Origin: an uncultured Bacteroidales bacterium
GTDB taxonomy: Bacteria; Bacteroidota; Bacteroidia; Bacteroidales; JALTDM01
Direction of reading: 5' to 3'
Assembly (NCBI GenBank): GCA_964421355.1
Contig: CAYQWX010000002.1
Coordinates: 10,241-74,240 of the forward strand
DNA length: 64,000 bases
Part shown: positions 18,573 to 28,954 of the stretch, piece by piece
How positions within the stretch are numbered: position 1 is the first letter of the stretch
Layout: each line of letters opens with the position of its first letter
Program-made: the position numbers and the translations under genes
The notes under the pieces: generated by a model
Told to the model about the DNA's origin: nothing
The model's input: only the letters and a program-made list of their open reading frames with translations
Database searches by the model: none

Positions 18573-18604
18573 AAACCGTCCTTTTGTAAATAGGAGGACG
18601 GTTT
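18573..18604. terminator. Bidirectional rho-independent terminator (trkH + / zinc-ribbon gene -)
   Basis: aaaccgtcct / aggacggttt 10-bp stem flanked by an A-run and a T-run. Confidence 0.75.
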
Positions 18605-18629
18605 ACTTTTTTTATTATGTATTACAATT

Positions 18630-19490
18630 CTATTTGGAAGAAGTCCTTCTTACTCTACGAGATGTTTTTTTAGGTTTTTGTATTAGAGCTTTTTCTTCTT
18701 CCTCCTCTTTTTGTTTTATTTCCAGGAATTTGCCTCCTAATTCTTCGTATGCTTTGAATGCGAGTGTCTTGTCTATTAAAACACGACCACAATGTTCGCA
18801 TACTATTATTTTTTTGTGAGAACGAATATCTACTTGTCTTTGTGGCGGAACTTTATTGAAACAGCCACCACAAGCATCTCTTTGAATACGTACTACTGCC
18901 AATTTGTTACGGGCATTCATTCTAATTCTTTTGTATGCAGAGAGTAAACGGGGTTCTATTTGTTTAGCTAATTTTTCTTCTTCTTCTTTTAATTCGGAAA
19001 GTTCTTTTTCTGTTTCTTTTTGTATTTCTTCCAATTCTTTTTTCTTTTCTACTAGATCTTCTTTTTTCTTTTCGAGTTTATTTTTTGCTTGTTCTATTGT
19101 TTTTTCATATTCTTCTATTGCTTCTTTTGATTCTTTTATTTTTTTTTCAGTTAATTCTACTTCAAGTGTTTGAAATTCTATTTCTTTGGTAAGTGAGTCG
19201 TATTCTCTATTATTTCTAACTTGGTCTAATTGTTTGTTATAACGTTCTATTAAGGCTTTTGATTCGTCTCTTTTTTGGTTTTGTTGTTTTATTTCATCTT
19301 TTTTCTCATCAATTAGTTTTTTATATTTTTCTATACGAGTTTCTAATCCTTCTATTTCATCTTCGAGGTCTTCTACTTCCAAAGGAAGTTCTCCTAACAA
19401 GACATGTATTTTATCTATTTCTGTATCAATGGCTTGGAGCTTAAAAAGCATTTTGAGTTTTTCTTCTACACTGTATTCTTTTGTTTTCAT
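18630..19490 (-). CDS. Coiled-coil C4 zinc-ribbon protein (COG1579-like, usual partner of NIF3)
   Basis: Long heptad-rich region followed by CGGC...x...CEHCGR, then a Lys/Glu-rich tail. It sits directly downstream of the NIF3-family gene. Confidence 0.7.
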   Translation of the reverse strand: MKTKEYSVEEKLKMLFKLQAIDTEIDKIHVLLGELPLEVEDLEDEIEGLETRIEKYKKLIDEKKDEIKQQNQKRDESKALIERYNKQLDQVRNNREYDSLTKEIEFQTLEVELTEKKIKESKEAIEEYEKTIEQAKNKLEKKKEDLVEKKKELEEIQKETEKELSELKEEEEKLAKQIEPRLLSAYKRIRMNARNKLAVVRIQRDACGGCFNKVPPQRQVDIRSHKKIIVCEHCGRVLIDKTLAFKAYEELGGKFLEIKQKEEEEEKALIQKPKKTSRRVRRTSSK

Positions 19491-19492
19491 AA

Positions 19493-20596
19493 TTAAAAAT
19501 AATTTACGGGATTTGTATTTGTCTCACTTAAATAGGTTGCAAAGTTAGAAAAATTTTCTTTAATGCTATTGAAAAATGTTTCTTTCACAAAATATTCTGC
19601 TTCGTAGTGTCCTATATCTACCAAAGTGATATTGTTTCCTGCATCAAAAAATTCATGATATTTAATATCAGATGTTATAAAAATATCTACTCCTGCTTTT
19701 TTTGCATCAGGAAGTGCAGATATACATGTTCCTCCACAAATTGCTATTTTGTTGATTAGTTTATTCAAATCTTTATTTCCTGCATATTTTAGGCATGGAA
19801 TTTTTGTGTGTTTTTTTATTTGGGTTAGTATATGCTCCAATGTTGATGGCTGGGTGAGTTTGCCATATATTCCCATACCTTTGTAGGGATTTATGTTTTC
19901 CAATGTATATATGTCATAGGCTACTTCTTCGTAAGGGTGTGCTTGCAATAAAGCATTTATTACTTTATCGTGCAGATAATCGGGGTATATTGTTTCCAGC
20001 CTTCTTTCTTTTTCTGTGTGTAGTTTGTTAGGTTCTCCAACAAAAGGGTTTGTGTTTTCGTTGCCTCTGAATGTTCCTTCACCGATTACAGAAAAACTTG
20101 TTTGGTCATAATTGCCTATTACTCCTGCACCTGCTTCAAATAATGCTTTTCTGACTTGTTCGGTATAGTTGTCTGGAACGAATGTTACTATTTTTTTCAG
20201 TTTCCCTTGTTGTGGTTTTAGTATTTTGAGGTTTTGTAGCCCTAATTTGGTTGCAAGTAGGTAATTTGTTCCTTCTATGCAGCTATCTGTATTTGTATGA
20301 GAAGCTATTATTGCAATGTCATTTTTTATTGCAGTAATTATTGATTTTTCTATATAGTTTTGTCCTGTAATTTTTTTTAGTCCTTTAAATATTAGTGGGT
20401 GGTGTGCAAGTATTACATTGCATTTTTTTTCGATGGCTTCTTTTACTACTTCTTCAGTTATGTCTAATGATATCAATACGCCTTTTATTTCCCATCCATA
20501 ATTTCCTACCAATAAACCTGTGTTGTCGTATGATTCTTGTAATCCGAAAGGATATTTTTGATTAAGCCAGCTGAGAAATTGTTTTACGGTTGTCAT
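19493..20596 (-). CDS. Nif3-like dinuclear metal centre protein (YbgI/GTP cyclohydrolase 1 type 2 homologue family)
   Basis: VILAHHPLIFKG, IASHTNTD and a C-terminal GHYEAE block with an inserted PII-like middle domain, as in long NIF3 proteins. Confidence 0.8.
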   Translation of the reverse strand: MTTVKQFLSWLNQKYPFGLQESYDNTGLLVGNYGWEIKGVLISLDITEEVVKEAIEKKCNVILAHHPLIFKGLKKITGQNYIEKSIITAIKNDIAIIASHTNTDSCIEGTNYLLATKLGLQNLKILKPQQGKLKKIVTFVPDNYTEQVRKALFEAGAGVIGNYDQTSFSVIGEGTFRGNENTNPFVGEPNKLHTEKERRLETIYPDYLHDKVINALLQAHPYEEVAYDIYTLENINPYKGMGIYGKLTQPSTLEHILTQIKKHTKIPCLKYAGNKDLNKLINKIAICGGTCISALPDAKKAGVDIFITSDIKYHEFFDAGNNITLVDIGHYEAEYFVKETFFNSIKENFSNFATYLSETNTNPVNYF

Positions 20597-20600
20597 ATTT

Positions 20601-20936
20601 TTATTCAGATAGTATTTTTTTTAGCCAGATTAGTTTTCGTTTTAGTTCTTTTAGTTCTTCTATAAATTTGTAATCATTGAGAAAACTTTTTTTTCTTTTC
20701 TTTTTCAATTCTTCTTTGGCTCCTTTAATAGATAGTTTTTTTACTTTAAGTAAATAGTAAATTTGTTCTATTATGGTGATGTCTTCTTTTGTGTATTTTC
20801 GTTCACCTGAAAATTTACGAGGAGAAAGTTGTGAGAATTCTTTTTCCCAATATCTGATAGTAGAGGTTTTTACCCCCAAATAATTTGCAACTTCTCCAAT
20901 TGAGTAAAAAGATTTATCAGGTAATTCACTCTTCAT
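20601..20936 (-). CDS. MerR family transcriptional regulator
   Basis: YSIGEVANYLGVKTSTIRYWEKEF HTH followed by a coiled-coil tail. Confidence 0.8.
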   Translation of the reverse strand: MKSELPDKSFYSIGEVANYLGVKTSTIRYWEKEFSQLSPRKFSGERKYTKEDITIIEQIYYLLKVKKLSIKGAKEELKKKRKKSFLNDYKFIEELKELKRKLIWLKKILSE

Positions 20937-20941
20937 AGAAA

Positions 20942-21919
20942 TTAGTCAAGAGATTGACCGCCCTGTTGAGCACTTTGTTCTATCATTTTGTCATATTCAG
21001 CAGGTGACAAATCTAAATAGAAAAAGTTTATCGGATTTATAGGGACATTGTTTTTTCTGACTTCATAATGCAAATGTGGACCTACTGATTTACCAGTGTT
21101 TCCTACAAGTCCAATTACTTGTCCTCTATGAACTTTTTGTCCTTCTTTTACTAATATTTTGCTTAGGTGCGCATATTTGGTTTTATAAGAGTATCCGTGT
21201 GATATTTCTATTTGATTTCCGTATCCTCTGTTGCCATGTTTGGTGAGAGTAACTATACCGTCTCCTGTAGCATGTACAGGAGTGCCTATTGGTGCGGTTA
21301 AATCTATTCCATCATGATGTTTTTTCACTTTATAAATAGGATCTATCCTATACCCAAAATATGAAGATATTCTTCCTAATTGTTTGTTTAGAATAGGTTG
21401 TATTGCAGGTATGTGGCGGAGCATATCTTCTTTTTTCTTTGCCAATTTTACAATTTCGTCATAGGATTTACTTTGGACATAAGTTTCATTTTCTACTCTA
21501 CTGAGTTTTTTTGTTAGATTTATAATAAGGTCTGAATAGGAATATCCTTCCAAATTTTCATAGTTATTTGATCCTCCTGTACCTCCTTCTCTTAGTGTAG
21601 TAGGAATTGGTTCGGCTTCGAATATTGTCCTGTAAATATTATTGTCTCTGTATTCCAAATCTTTAAGTACTTTATCAATTTTATTTAATTTTGATTGCAT
21701 TAAAATAAATTGGTGTTTGTATAATTCATTTTCCCGTTTTAATATTATCTCTTCAGGAGAATCATAAAAGTAATAAAAAACAAATATAAATATTGCAGAA
21801 AGTATTAAGGAAGAAGTAACAATAGGTATTGTTTTCAATAAAAATTTTGACCACGAAAACTTAGGTTTTCGTAATGATAGCGTTTTATCGTCGAATTCTA
21901 ATTTTTTGTTTTTAAACAT
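20942..21919 (-). CDS. M23 family metallopeptidase, membrane anchored
   Basis: HHDGIDL (HxxxD), ISHGYSYKTKYAHL and GNTGKSVGPHLHYEV (HxH), with one N-terminal TM helix. Start set at ATG 21919 because the tracked start overlaps a -7 box. Confidence 0.85.
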   Translation of the reverse strand: MFKNKKLEFDDKTLSLRKPKFSWSKFLLKTIPIVTSSLILSAIFIFVFYYFYDSPEEIILKRENELYKHQFILMQSKLNKIDKVLKDLEYRDNNIYRTIFEAEPIPTTLREGGTGGSNNYENLEGYSYSDLIINLTKKLSRVENETYVQSKSYDEIVKLAKKKEDMLRHIPAIQPILNKQLGRISSYFGYRIDPIYKVKKHHDGIDLTAPIGTPVHATGDGIVTLTKHGNRGYGNQIEISHGYSYKTKYAHLSKILVKEGQKVHRGQVIGLVGNTGKSVGPHLHYEVRKNNVPINPINFFYLDLSPAEYDKMIEQSAQQGGQSLD

Positions 21920-21940
21920 ATTCAATGCATTTTTGCGGCA

Positions 21941-21948
21941 CAAATATA
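21941..21948 (-). promoter_or_regulatory. -7 promoter box (TATATTTG on minus strand) for the M23/MerR/NIF3/zinc-ribbon operon
   Basis: TAnnTTTG match 22 nt upstream of ATG 21919. Confidence 0.45.
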
Positions 21949-22072
21949 CATTTTTTTTTAAAACGATGATTTGTTTAATTTTTTATATTGATTGCAATAT
22001 TGATAAAAATATATTGTTTTTTTAGTATTATTGTAAGTTTATTTAAAACACAGTTTTCTATATACAAATCTA

Positions 22073-25000
22073 ATGCCTATAAAAAAACGTAAAATATTAT
22101 TTAATAGTATTATTGGGCTGGTAATTTTTCTTGTGGTATTTATTGTCCTGTTTATTACTTCAAATTGGGTTCAAACTTTTGTGGCACAAAGGGTAGCGGC
22201 TTATTTGTCAAAGCGTGTGCATACTAAGGTGAGTATTGACAAATTGTCATTTGATATATTTGGGAATATAGGAATGGAAAACTTATTTATTGAAGATTAT
22301 AATAAAGATACTCTACTATTTGCTAAATATGTTAGCGCGGATATTGACTATTTATCATTAAAAAAGCAGACAATTATTTTTTCAAATATTTCTTTTAAGA
22401 AGCCGTTAATTAAACTGCAAATTAATAATGGTAAGTTCAATTTAACCGAATTGTTGTCATATTTATTGGATACTTCAAGAGTGGATACTTTGCAAAATAA
22501 AAGTAGTTGGAAAATAATAAGTCGTAATTTGTCAATTGAGGGTGGACGCTTCAACTACTTGGTTACTAGTGGTATAAAACCTTTTATGCACCAGATAGAT
22601 TTTGATAATATTTTATTTACTAATATTAATGTAGATGCAGATGATTTTATGATAACTCCGATATTGAAGTTTGATATAAAAAAATTTTCTTTAAAGGAAC
22701 GAAGCGGATTTGTTATAAAAGATCTTAGTGGCAAGATATCTATTGATAATAAAATGTTTACTTCTTCTAATTTAACTATTTCCACTAATTATTCTACAAT
22801 AAATTTTGATACATTAAATATTGTTTCTCCTGTAGATAGTATTAATGTCTTTTCGGGAATAGTTAACTCTTCCGATATGTTTATAAAGTTGAATAAAAGT
22901 AAATTATCACTTCTGGATATTAAATATTTTTCAAAGTTGGGTGTTTCTACATCTCCTGTATTTTCCATTAGTGGTAAGATAGTTGGGAAGTTGCCACATT
23001 TTAAATTAAGAAATTTTAATGTGCTTTGGGCAGCATCTTCTTTTGTAAAAGTAAATGGTACGATAGATGGATTACCTGATGTTGATAATACTTTGTTTTA
23101 TCTTGATTTTGCACCTGTATCTACGAATAAGAAAGGTATAGAATTGCTTGTAAGGCGGCTTTCGTCTGACAGCTCTGATTTTGCATTGCCGTCTATTATG
23201 AACAACATAAAGTATTTCAGGTATAAAGGTTCGTTATCTGGTTATTATAATGATTTTGTAGTTTATGGTTTATTATCTACTAATCTTGGTTTGATAAAGA
23301 CCGATGTTAAATTAAAAAAGACAGATAGCTTAAATATAGAAGGACATATATCAACATCAAACCTACAGCTTGATAAGTTAATGAAATCTAATGATACTTT
23401 ATTGGGTAATTTGTCAATGAATGGTAAAATAAATGGCAAAATTGATTCGGTGGGTAATTTTTCTTTTGATGTGGCTTCGCATATATCTTCGTTTGAATTT
23501 AATAAGTATCCGTATAAAAACATTGATATTAACGGGACTTTTGATAATACGTCTTTTGATGGTGAAGTGCTGGCAAAAGATACTGCTTTGAAAATGGTGT
23601 TTCTTGGTCAAGTGGATTTTTCTACTAATAATCCTGTTTTTGATTTTACGGCAGATTTAAAACATATTGCTGTAAAAACAATAAACTTGTCTTCATATAT
23701 TCCTTTTGACTCTTTATCATTCTTTTTAAAATCAAAAATATATGGTTTGGAACTTTCTAATCTAAAAGGTAGTTTGGAAATTTATAATGCACGTTTTCAT
23801 AAAAAGGAAAAACAAAGCAGAATTTCACAATTAATATTGTTAGCAAAAACAAAAAATGATTCCCTACATACAATATCTATAAATTCCGAAGTATTAAAAG
23901 GAGAAATTAAATATAATGTTCAAGATATCAATCAGTTTGCAAATATTATTAATAATACTATAAAACATTATTATACCTATTATAATTTTCATTTATCAAG
24001 TAGCAGTAAGGCAAATAACAGATTTATTTCTGCTAAAATAAGTATTCCAAATCCTGACTTTTTTAATAAAATGTTATTTTCATATTTGTCATTAGCACCT
24101 CATACTTATATTGAGTTTTATAATAATACGATGGATAGTGTGAGTTTTAATATATATACAGATAATATAGTTTATGATAAAGTGCGGCTGATAAAACCTT
24201 CCATAGCACTAATGCCATATAATAAGTCTTTGGTTTTTCTATTTGATACCAAAAGGATTTATTTCAATGATTTTTATTTAGATTCTTTTGTGTGTGATGT
24301 AGATATTTATCCAGATACTGCCAATTTGGAAATAAGTTGGCATAATGTTGCAGATTCGTCTGTGTATGAGGGAGATTTACAATTTCAAACTTTAGTGTTG
24401 GATACTCATAATGTAAAAATGGATTTCTTACCTTCTTATGTGATTTTAAAGGATACAATGTGGTATATGGATCAATGGAATATGTGCTTTTTAGACAGTG
24501 TTGTCAAAGTAAATAATTTTGTATTAAACCATGAATATGAATATATAGCTGTTAATGGTAATTTATCAAATAAAACAGAAGATACATTAAAGGTAAAAAT
24601 AGGAAATATAAAACTGGACCATTTTAATTTTTTGTTAAAAAATACAGGAATAAATATAAAAGGTTATACAAACGGAAGTATATATGCTACTTCACTACTG
24701 CACAATCCAATAGTAAATTCAAATGTAAATGTTTCAAAATTTGTTTTTAATGGAGAAAAGTTTGGGGAATTTGGCTTTAATACACAGTGGAATGATGCAA
24801 GACAACGTTTGCATACAAATATTTATTTGTTAAGGAATAAGCTTAAGACATTGGAATTGTTGGGAGATATTTATCCCAATTCTCAAAAAATAGACATGAA
24901 ACTTTATGTTAGAAAATTATTGTTGAAACATTTACAACCGTTTTTGATAGGAGTTCTTGATAATTTTAGAGGTTTAGCAGATGGTAAAATAAATATAAAC

Positions 25001-26530
25001 GGAAGTTTATCTCATCCTATTACAGAGGGGATACTGCATCTTAAAAAGGTTTCTTTTAAGGTTGATTACTTGAAAACATATTATTCGTTTACCGCACCAA
25101 TGTATATAAATGCAAAGGGGGCTTTTCTCAAAGATATAGATGTGTATGATTCCGAAGGGAATAACGCAAAGGTTTCGCTAGGACTGATGCATAATAATTT
25201 TTCGTCATTAGATTACGATGTGAATATCAATACGGATAAACTTTTGATGTTAAATACTACAATGAATGACAATAATCTTTTTTTTGGGAAAGTGTATGCA
25301 AAAAGTAAAGTTGATATAAATGGTACATCTTCCCGTATAAATATAAAAGGAGATATAAACACTCTTGATAAAACAGTCTTTAATTTAATGTTGGAATCAC
25401 CTGAAAGTGCAGAAGAGTTAGGTTTTGTTACCTTCGTTTCCCATGATAATTATTCCGATACTGTAACTATAAAAAATGAAAAATTAAATACAACAACAGG
25501 TCTTGATCTTGATTTGAATATAAAAACTACTCCAGACGCACTTGTTCAGCTTATTTTTGATTCAAAATCAGGAGATATAATAAAAGCGGAAGGGAGAGGT
25601 GATTTGAATTTGACCTATGATACTCTTGGTAATTTATCTTTGAAAGGCTTGTATGATATAGAAGAGGGAAATTATTTATTTACCCTTCAAGATATGATAA
25701 ATAAAAAATTGGAGATAAAAAAAGGTAGTTATATAAAGTGGAATGGGGATCCTTATAAAGCATATATTAACATAACTGCAGCATATAATCTGAGGACATC
25801 ATTATATGATTTAACACTTGATAGTAATGATAGAGAGAATGTGTATGTAGAATGTCTTATTCATATGAAAGACAGATTAGATGACCCTACAATTACTTTT
25901 GGTATAAATATAAAATCTCCTAATAGCAGGGCTCAATCAATTTTGGCAAATATGAACCAAGAGGAAATAAGTAAACAGATAATAATGCTTATGGTAATGG
26001 GACATTTTTATACTCCTGAAAAGTTCAGGCAAGGGGTAGAGGTAGCTCAGGATGTTTCACAAACAAATAGTTTGGGAATGAATGCCAGTGAGTTGTTATC
26101 GGAGCAACTTAGTTATTGGTTGTCTCAAATAACAAAAGACTTTGATGTAGGGGTGAAATATACTCCGGGAAATGAGATATCCCGTTCCGAGTTGGAAGTG
26201 GCATTGAGTACCCAGTTGTTTAATAATAGGGTGATAGTAAATGGGAATGTAAATATGGGGGGAAATGTGCCAACAAGTTCGGGAGTAGCAGGAAATGTAT
26301 CTGTTGAGCTAAAACTAAATAAAAAAGGTACTATCAGGTTGAAAGGTTTTAATGAGACAAATGATAATCTTTTATTATACCAGGATTCTCCTTATACTCA
26401 AGGTGTAGGGATATTTTATACTGAAAGTTTTAATTCATTGGGAGAAGTATTTAGAAAATATTATTCGGGACTGACTACTATTATATCTAAAAAGATGAAA
26501 ATACTTAAAACTAAAATAGATAAAAGATAA
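22073..26530 (+). CDS. tamB: Translocation and assembly module protein TamB-like (DUF490 C-terminus)
   Basis: 1485 aa with a single N-terminal TM anchor, a very long beta-rich repetitive body and a conserved C-terminal region (...LSTQLFNNRVIVNGNVN...GVGIFYTESF). This is the size and architecture of Bacteroidota TamB. Confidence 0.75.
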   Translation: MPIKKRKILFNSIIGLVIFLVVFIVLFITSNWVQTFVAQRVAAYLSKRVHTKVSIDKLSFDIFGNIGMENLFIEDYNKDTLLFAKYVSADIDYLSLKKQTIIFSNISFKKPLIKLQINNGKFNLTELLSYLLDTSRVDTLQNKSSWKIISRNLSIEGGRFNYLVTSGIKPFMHQIDFDNILFTNINVDADDFMITPILKFDIKKFSLKERSGFVIKDLSGKISIDNKMFTSSNLTISTNYSTINFDTLNIVSPVDSINVFSGIVNSSDMFIKLNKSKLSLLDIKYFSKLGVSTSPVFSISGKIVGKLPHFKLRNFNVLWAASSFVKVNGTIDGLPDVDNTLFYLDFAPVSTNKKGIELLVRRLSSDSSDFALPSIMNNIKYFRYKGSLSGYYNDFVVYGLLSTNLGLIKTDVKLKKTDSLNIEGHISTSNLQLDKLMKSNDTLLGNLSMNGKINGKIDSVGNFSFDVASHISSFEFNKYPYKNIDINGTFDNTSFDGEVLAKDTALKMVFLGQVDFSTNNPVFDFTADLKHIAVKTINLSSYIPFDSLSFFLKSKIYGLELSNLKGSLEIYNARFHKKEKQSRISQLILLAKTKNDSLHTISINSEVLKGEIKYNVQDINQFANIINNTIKHYYTYYNFHLSSSSKANNRFISAKISIPNPDFFNKMLFSYLSLAPHTYIEFYNNTMDSVSFNIYTDNIVYDKVRLIKPSIALMPYNKSLVFLFDTKRIYFNDFYLDSFVCDVDIYPDTANLEISWHNVADSSVYEGDLQFQTLVLDTHNVKMDFLPSYVILKDTMWYMDQWNMCFLDSVVKVNNFVLNHEYEYIAVNGNLSNKTEDTLKVKIGNIKLDHFNFLLKNTGINIKGYTNGSIYATSLLHNPIVNSNVNVSKFVFNGEKFGEFGFNTQWNDARQRLHTNIYLLRNKLKTLELLGDIYPNSQKIDMKLYVRKLLLKHLQPFLIGVLDNFRGLADGKININGSLSHPITEGILHLKKVSFKVDYLKTYYSFTAPMYINAKGAFLKDIDVYDSEGNNAKVSLGLMHNNFSSLDYDVNINTDKLLMLNTTMNDNNLFFGKVYAKSKVDINGTSSRINIKGDINTLDKTVFNLMLESPESAEELGFVTFVSHDNYSDTVTIKNEKLNTTTGLDLDLNIKTTPDALVQLIFDSKSGDIIKAEGRGDLNLTYDTLGNLSLKGLYDIEEGNYLFTLQDMINKKLEIKKGSYIKWNGDPYKAYINITAAYNLRTSLYDLTLDSNDRENVYVECLIHMKDRLDDPTITFGINIKSPNSRAQSILANMNQEEISKQIIMLMVMGHFYTPEKFRQGVEVAQDVSQTNSLGMNASELLSEQLSYWLSQITKDFDVGVKYTPGNEISRSELEVALSTQLFNNRVIVNGNVNMGGNVPTSSGVAGNVSVELKLNKKGTIRLKGFNETNDNLLLYQDSPYTQGVGIFYTESFNSLGEVFRKYYSGLTTIISKKMKILKTKIDKR

Positions 26531-26531
26531 T

Positions 26532-27056
26532 TTATTTATTTTTTTCTTTGACAACAGGTTTTAGTAATTCTTTTAAGCATTCTATTTTTAAGCAAAAAGC
26601 AGGAGTTTGTTTTTTGTAGTTTATGTAATCTTTTCCAAATTTTCTTATAGCTTCGGGTTCTTCCCATAGTTTTATCATTATTAGCATAAATGATATTTCT
26701 ATTGGAGCAATTATTAATATAAATGACGGAGAACCTACTATAAAAGCAATAGATAGAGGGAATAAAAAAAGTCCTAGGTGCATAGGGTGTCTCATATATT
26801 TATATATACCTTTTGTTACGAGTATATTTGTTTCCATTCTTTTAATATTTCCTTTCCGTCCATATTTTGCTAAAGTTCTTCCTGTATTTTTGCTTATTTG
26901 TATTGTTAAATAAAAGAAGATTGTACCCACAATAAAAGAGATTATATGAAAAAAGTAACTATTGTGTATATTTGGAAATAATATGGTGTCAATGTGATAT
27001 CCTCCAATAATTCCTCCTAAAATCATAATTATCCAAATTATTAAGCGAGGTATCAT
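26532..27056 (-). CDS. Membrane methyltransferase of the isoprenylcysteine carboxyl / phospholipid methyltransferase family
   Basis: About 4-5 TM helices and a GIYKYMRHPMHLG motif (compare RHPMYxG of the ICMT/PEMT family). Confidence 0.65.
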   Translation of the reverse strand: MIPRLIIWIIMILGGIIGGYHIDTILFPNIHNSYFFHIISFIVGTIFFYLTIQISKNTGRTLAKYGRKGNIKRMETNILVTKGIYKYMRHPMHLGLFLFPLSIAFIVGSPSFILIIAPIEISFMLIMIKLWEEPEAIRKFGKDYINYKKQTPAFCLKIECLKELLKPVVKEKNK

Positions 27057-27084
27057 TGTTTTGTAATTGTATTCATTAGTTTGA

Positions 27085-27092
27085 CAAAATTA
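27085..27092 (-). promoter_or_regulatory. -7 promoter box (TAATTTTG on minus strand) for the methyltransferase gene
   Basis: TAnnTTTG match 29 nt upstream of ATG 27056. Confidence 0.45.
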
Positions 27093-27126
27093 TTATTATT
27101 TTTGATATGATAGCTAATTTTTGAAA

Positions 27127-27150
27127 AAAGGAGGCTGTTATGCCTCCTTT
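27127..27150 (-). terminator. Rho-independent terminator of the hydCBA operon
   Basis: aaaggaggc / gcctccttt stem, T-run on the minus strand, about 10 nt past the hydA stop. Confidence 0.75.
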
Positions 27151-27160
27151 TTTATGACTT

Positions 27161-28936
27161 TTATACTCTATTCCGTTTTGTGTAGTGGGTGTGCAGCAAT
27201 TTATGTGATTTTTCACCAAGAGGTTCTTTAAGATATTCTTTATATACCTGAACTATTTCAGGATTTTCATGTGATTTTCTAACAGGTAATCCTTCGTCTT
27301 CTCTGTAAATAGCTTCAATACGTTTTTGTCGCACCTCATCATTAGTAGGTATAGGCTGTCCTCCTCCTCCGATACAGCCACCAGGACATGCCATAATTTC
27401 AATAAATAGATAAGGTGATTTTCCTGCTTTTATTTGGTCCATTACTTTTCTGGCATTTTTCAAACCGTGGGCTACAGCTACTTTTGCTTCTACTCCTTCC
27501 AAAAATTTGAATTCTTCTTTGCAATTTTCAAATTTAATGGCTGCTTCTTTTACGCCATCTAATCCTCTTACAGGTGTTATGTTTAATCTATCAAAAGGCA
27601 CTTCTCTGCCTGTAACTACTTCATAAACAGTGCGCAATGCTGCTTCCATTACACCACCTGTTGCTCCAAATATAACTGCAGCACCACTACCTTTTCCCAT
27701 TATGGAGTCAAAATCTTCTTCGGGAAGTTTTTTCAAATCTATTCCTGCTTGTTTTATCATCTTGGCTAATTCTCTTGTTGTAAGTCCTGCATCAATATCT
27801 TGATAACCACTACTTCTCATTTCTGGGCGGTTAGCCTCAAACTTTTTAGCGGTACATGGCATAATAGAAACTGATACAATTTTGGAAGGGTCTAATCCTT
27901 TCTTTTCTGCATAATATGTTTTAGCTAATGCCCCAAACATTTGTTGTGGAGATTTACATGTTGATAAATGGTCTAATAAGTTGGGGTACATGTGCTCTAT
28001 GAATTTTATCCATCCTGGAGAGCAGGAAGTAATCATAGGTAAGGCAACATCTTTGCCATCTACGAGTTTTTCTTTGAGACGTTTAAGCAACTCATGGCCT
28101 TCTTCTATAATTGTAAGGTCTGCGGCAAAGTTTGTGTCTAGTACTGAGTCGAATCCTAAACGGCGAAGTGCAGCTGCCATTTGACCTGTTACTATGGTGC
28201 CATGAGGTAATCCAAACGGTTCTCCCAATGCAACACGCACAGATGGAGCTGTGTTTACTATTACATGCTTTTCGGGATCTTCTATTGCTTCCCATATTTC
28301 ATCGTAATATGTCCTTTCGGTTAGAGCTCCTGTTGGACAGTGTATTACGCATTGTCCACAATTGGTGCAAGCAACTTCTCCGAAAGTTTTTTCCATAAAA
28401 GTAGTGATCATCATATCTTTTCCTTTGAATATGGGACTTAGTGCATTTACTCCTTGTATTTCGGCACAAGTTCTTACACATCTTTGGCATCTTATACATT
28501 TTGAAGGGTCATACCGTAATGCTGTACTTTTATCTATGTGGTATTCTCTTCCAGTAGTTAGATTTATGAATACTGGTTCTTCGGCATAAAAATCTGCTGC
28601 TAAATTTTGCAGTTCGCAATTACCGTTTTTGTAGCACGAAGTACATTCTTCTTTGTGTTCACTCAAGAGAAGCTGCAATATAGTTCTTCGTGCATTTCTT
28701 ACTTTTGGTGAATTTGTTTCTATTTCCATACCTTCTTCTACAGGTATAGCACAAGAAGCTTCTAATCGTTGGTGTCCTTTTATTTCTACCACACAAACTC
28801 TACAGTTTCCTGCTACACACAAGTCGTCATGGTAGCACAAAGTTGGTATTTCTATGCCTAATTTTTTTGCGGCTTCCAATATAGTTGTACCTTCGGGTAC
28901 TTGCACTTTTTGATTGTTTATTGTTATTGTAATCAT
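27161..28936 (-). CDS. hydA: [FeFe]-hydrogenase catalytic subunit, CpI-like M3 architecture (HydA of a HydABC-type complex)
   Basis: N-terminal 2Fe-2S domain, HxxxCxxCxxxxxC cluster (HKEECTSCYKNGNC) and two CxxCxxCxxxC motifs. H-cluster motifs: L1 ITSCSPGW (non-canonical, see findings), L2 MPCTAKKFE, L3 EIMACPGGCIGGGGQP. Confidence 0.9.
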   Translation of the reverse strand: MITITINNQKVQVPEGTTILEAAKKLGIEIPTLCYHDDLCVAGNCRVCVVEIKGHQRLEASCAIPVEEGMEIETNSPKVRNARRTILQLLLSEHKEECTSCYKNGNCELQNLAADFYAEEPVFINLTTGREYHIDKSTALRYDPSKCIRCQRCVRTCAEIQGVNALSPIFKGKDMMITTFMEKTFGEVACTNCGQCVIHCPTGALTERTYYDEIWEAIEDPEKHVIVNTAPSVRVALGEPFGLPHGTIVTGQMAAALRRLGFDSVLDTNFAADLTIIEEGHELLKRLKEKLVDGKDVALPMITSCSPGWIKFIEHMYPNLLDHLSTCKSPQQMFGALAKTYYAEKKGLDPSKIVSVSIMPCTAKKFEANRPEMRSSGYQDIDAGLTTRELAKMIKQAGIDLKKLPEEDFDSIMGKGSGAAVIFGATGGVMEAALRTVYEVVTGREVPFDRLNITPVRGLDGVKEAAIKFENCKEEFKFLEGVEAKVAVAHGLKNARKVMDQIKAGKSPYLFIEIMACPGGCIGGGGQPIPTNDEVRQKRIEAIYREDEGLPVRKSHENPEIVQVYKEYLKEPLGEKSHKLLHTHYTKRNRV

Positions 28937-28954
28937 ATTCTTAAATTTTAACGA

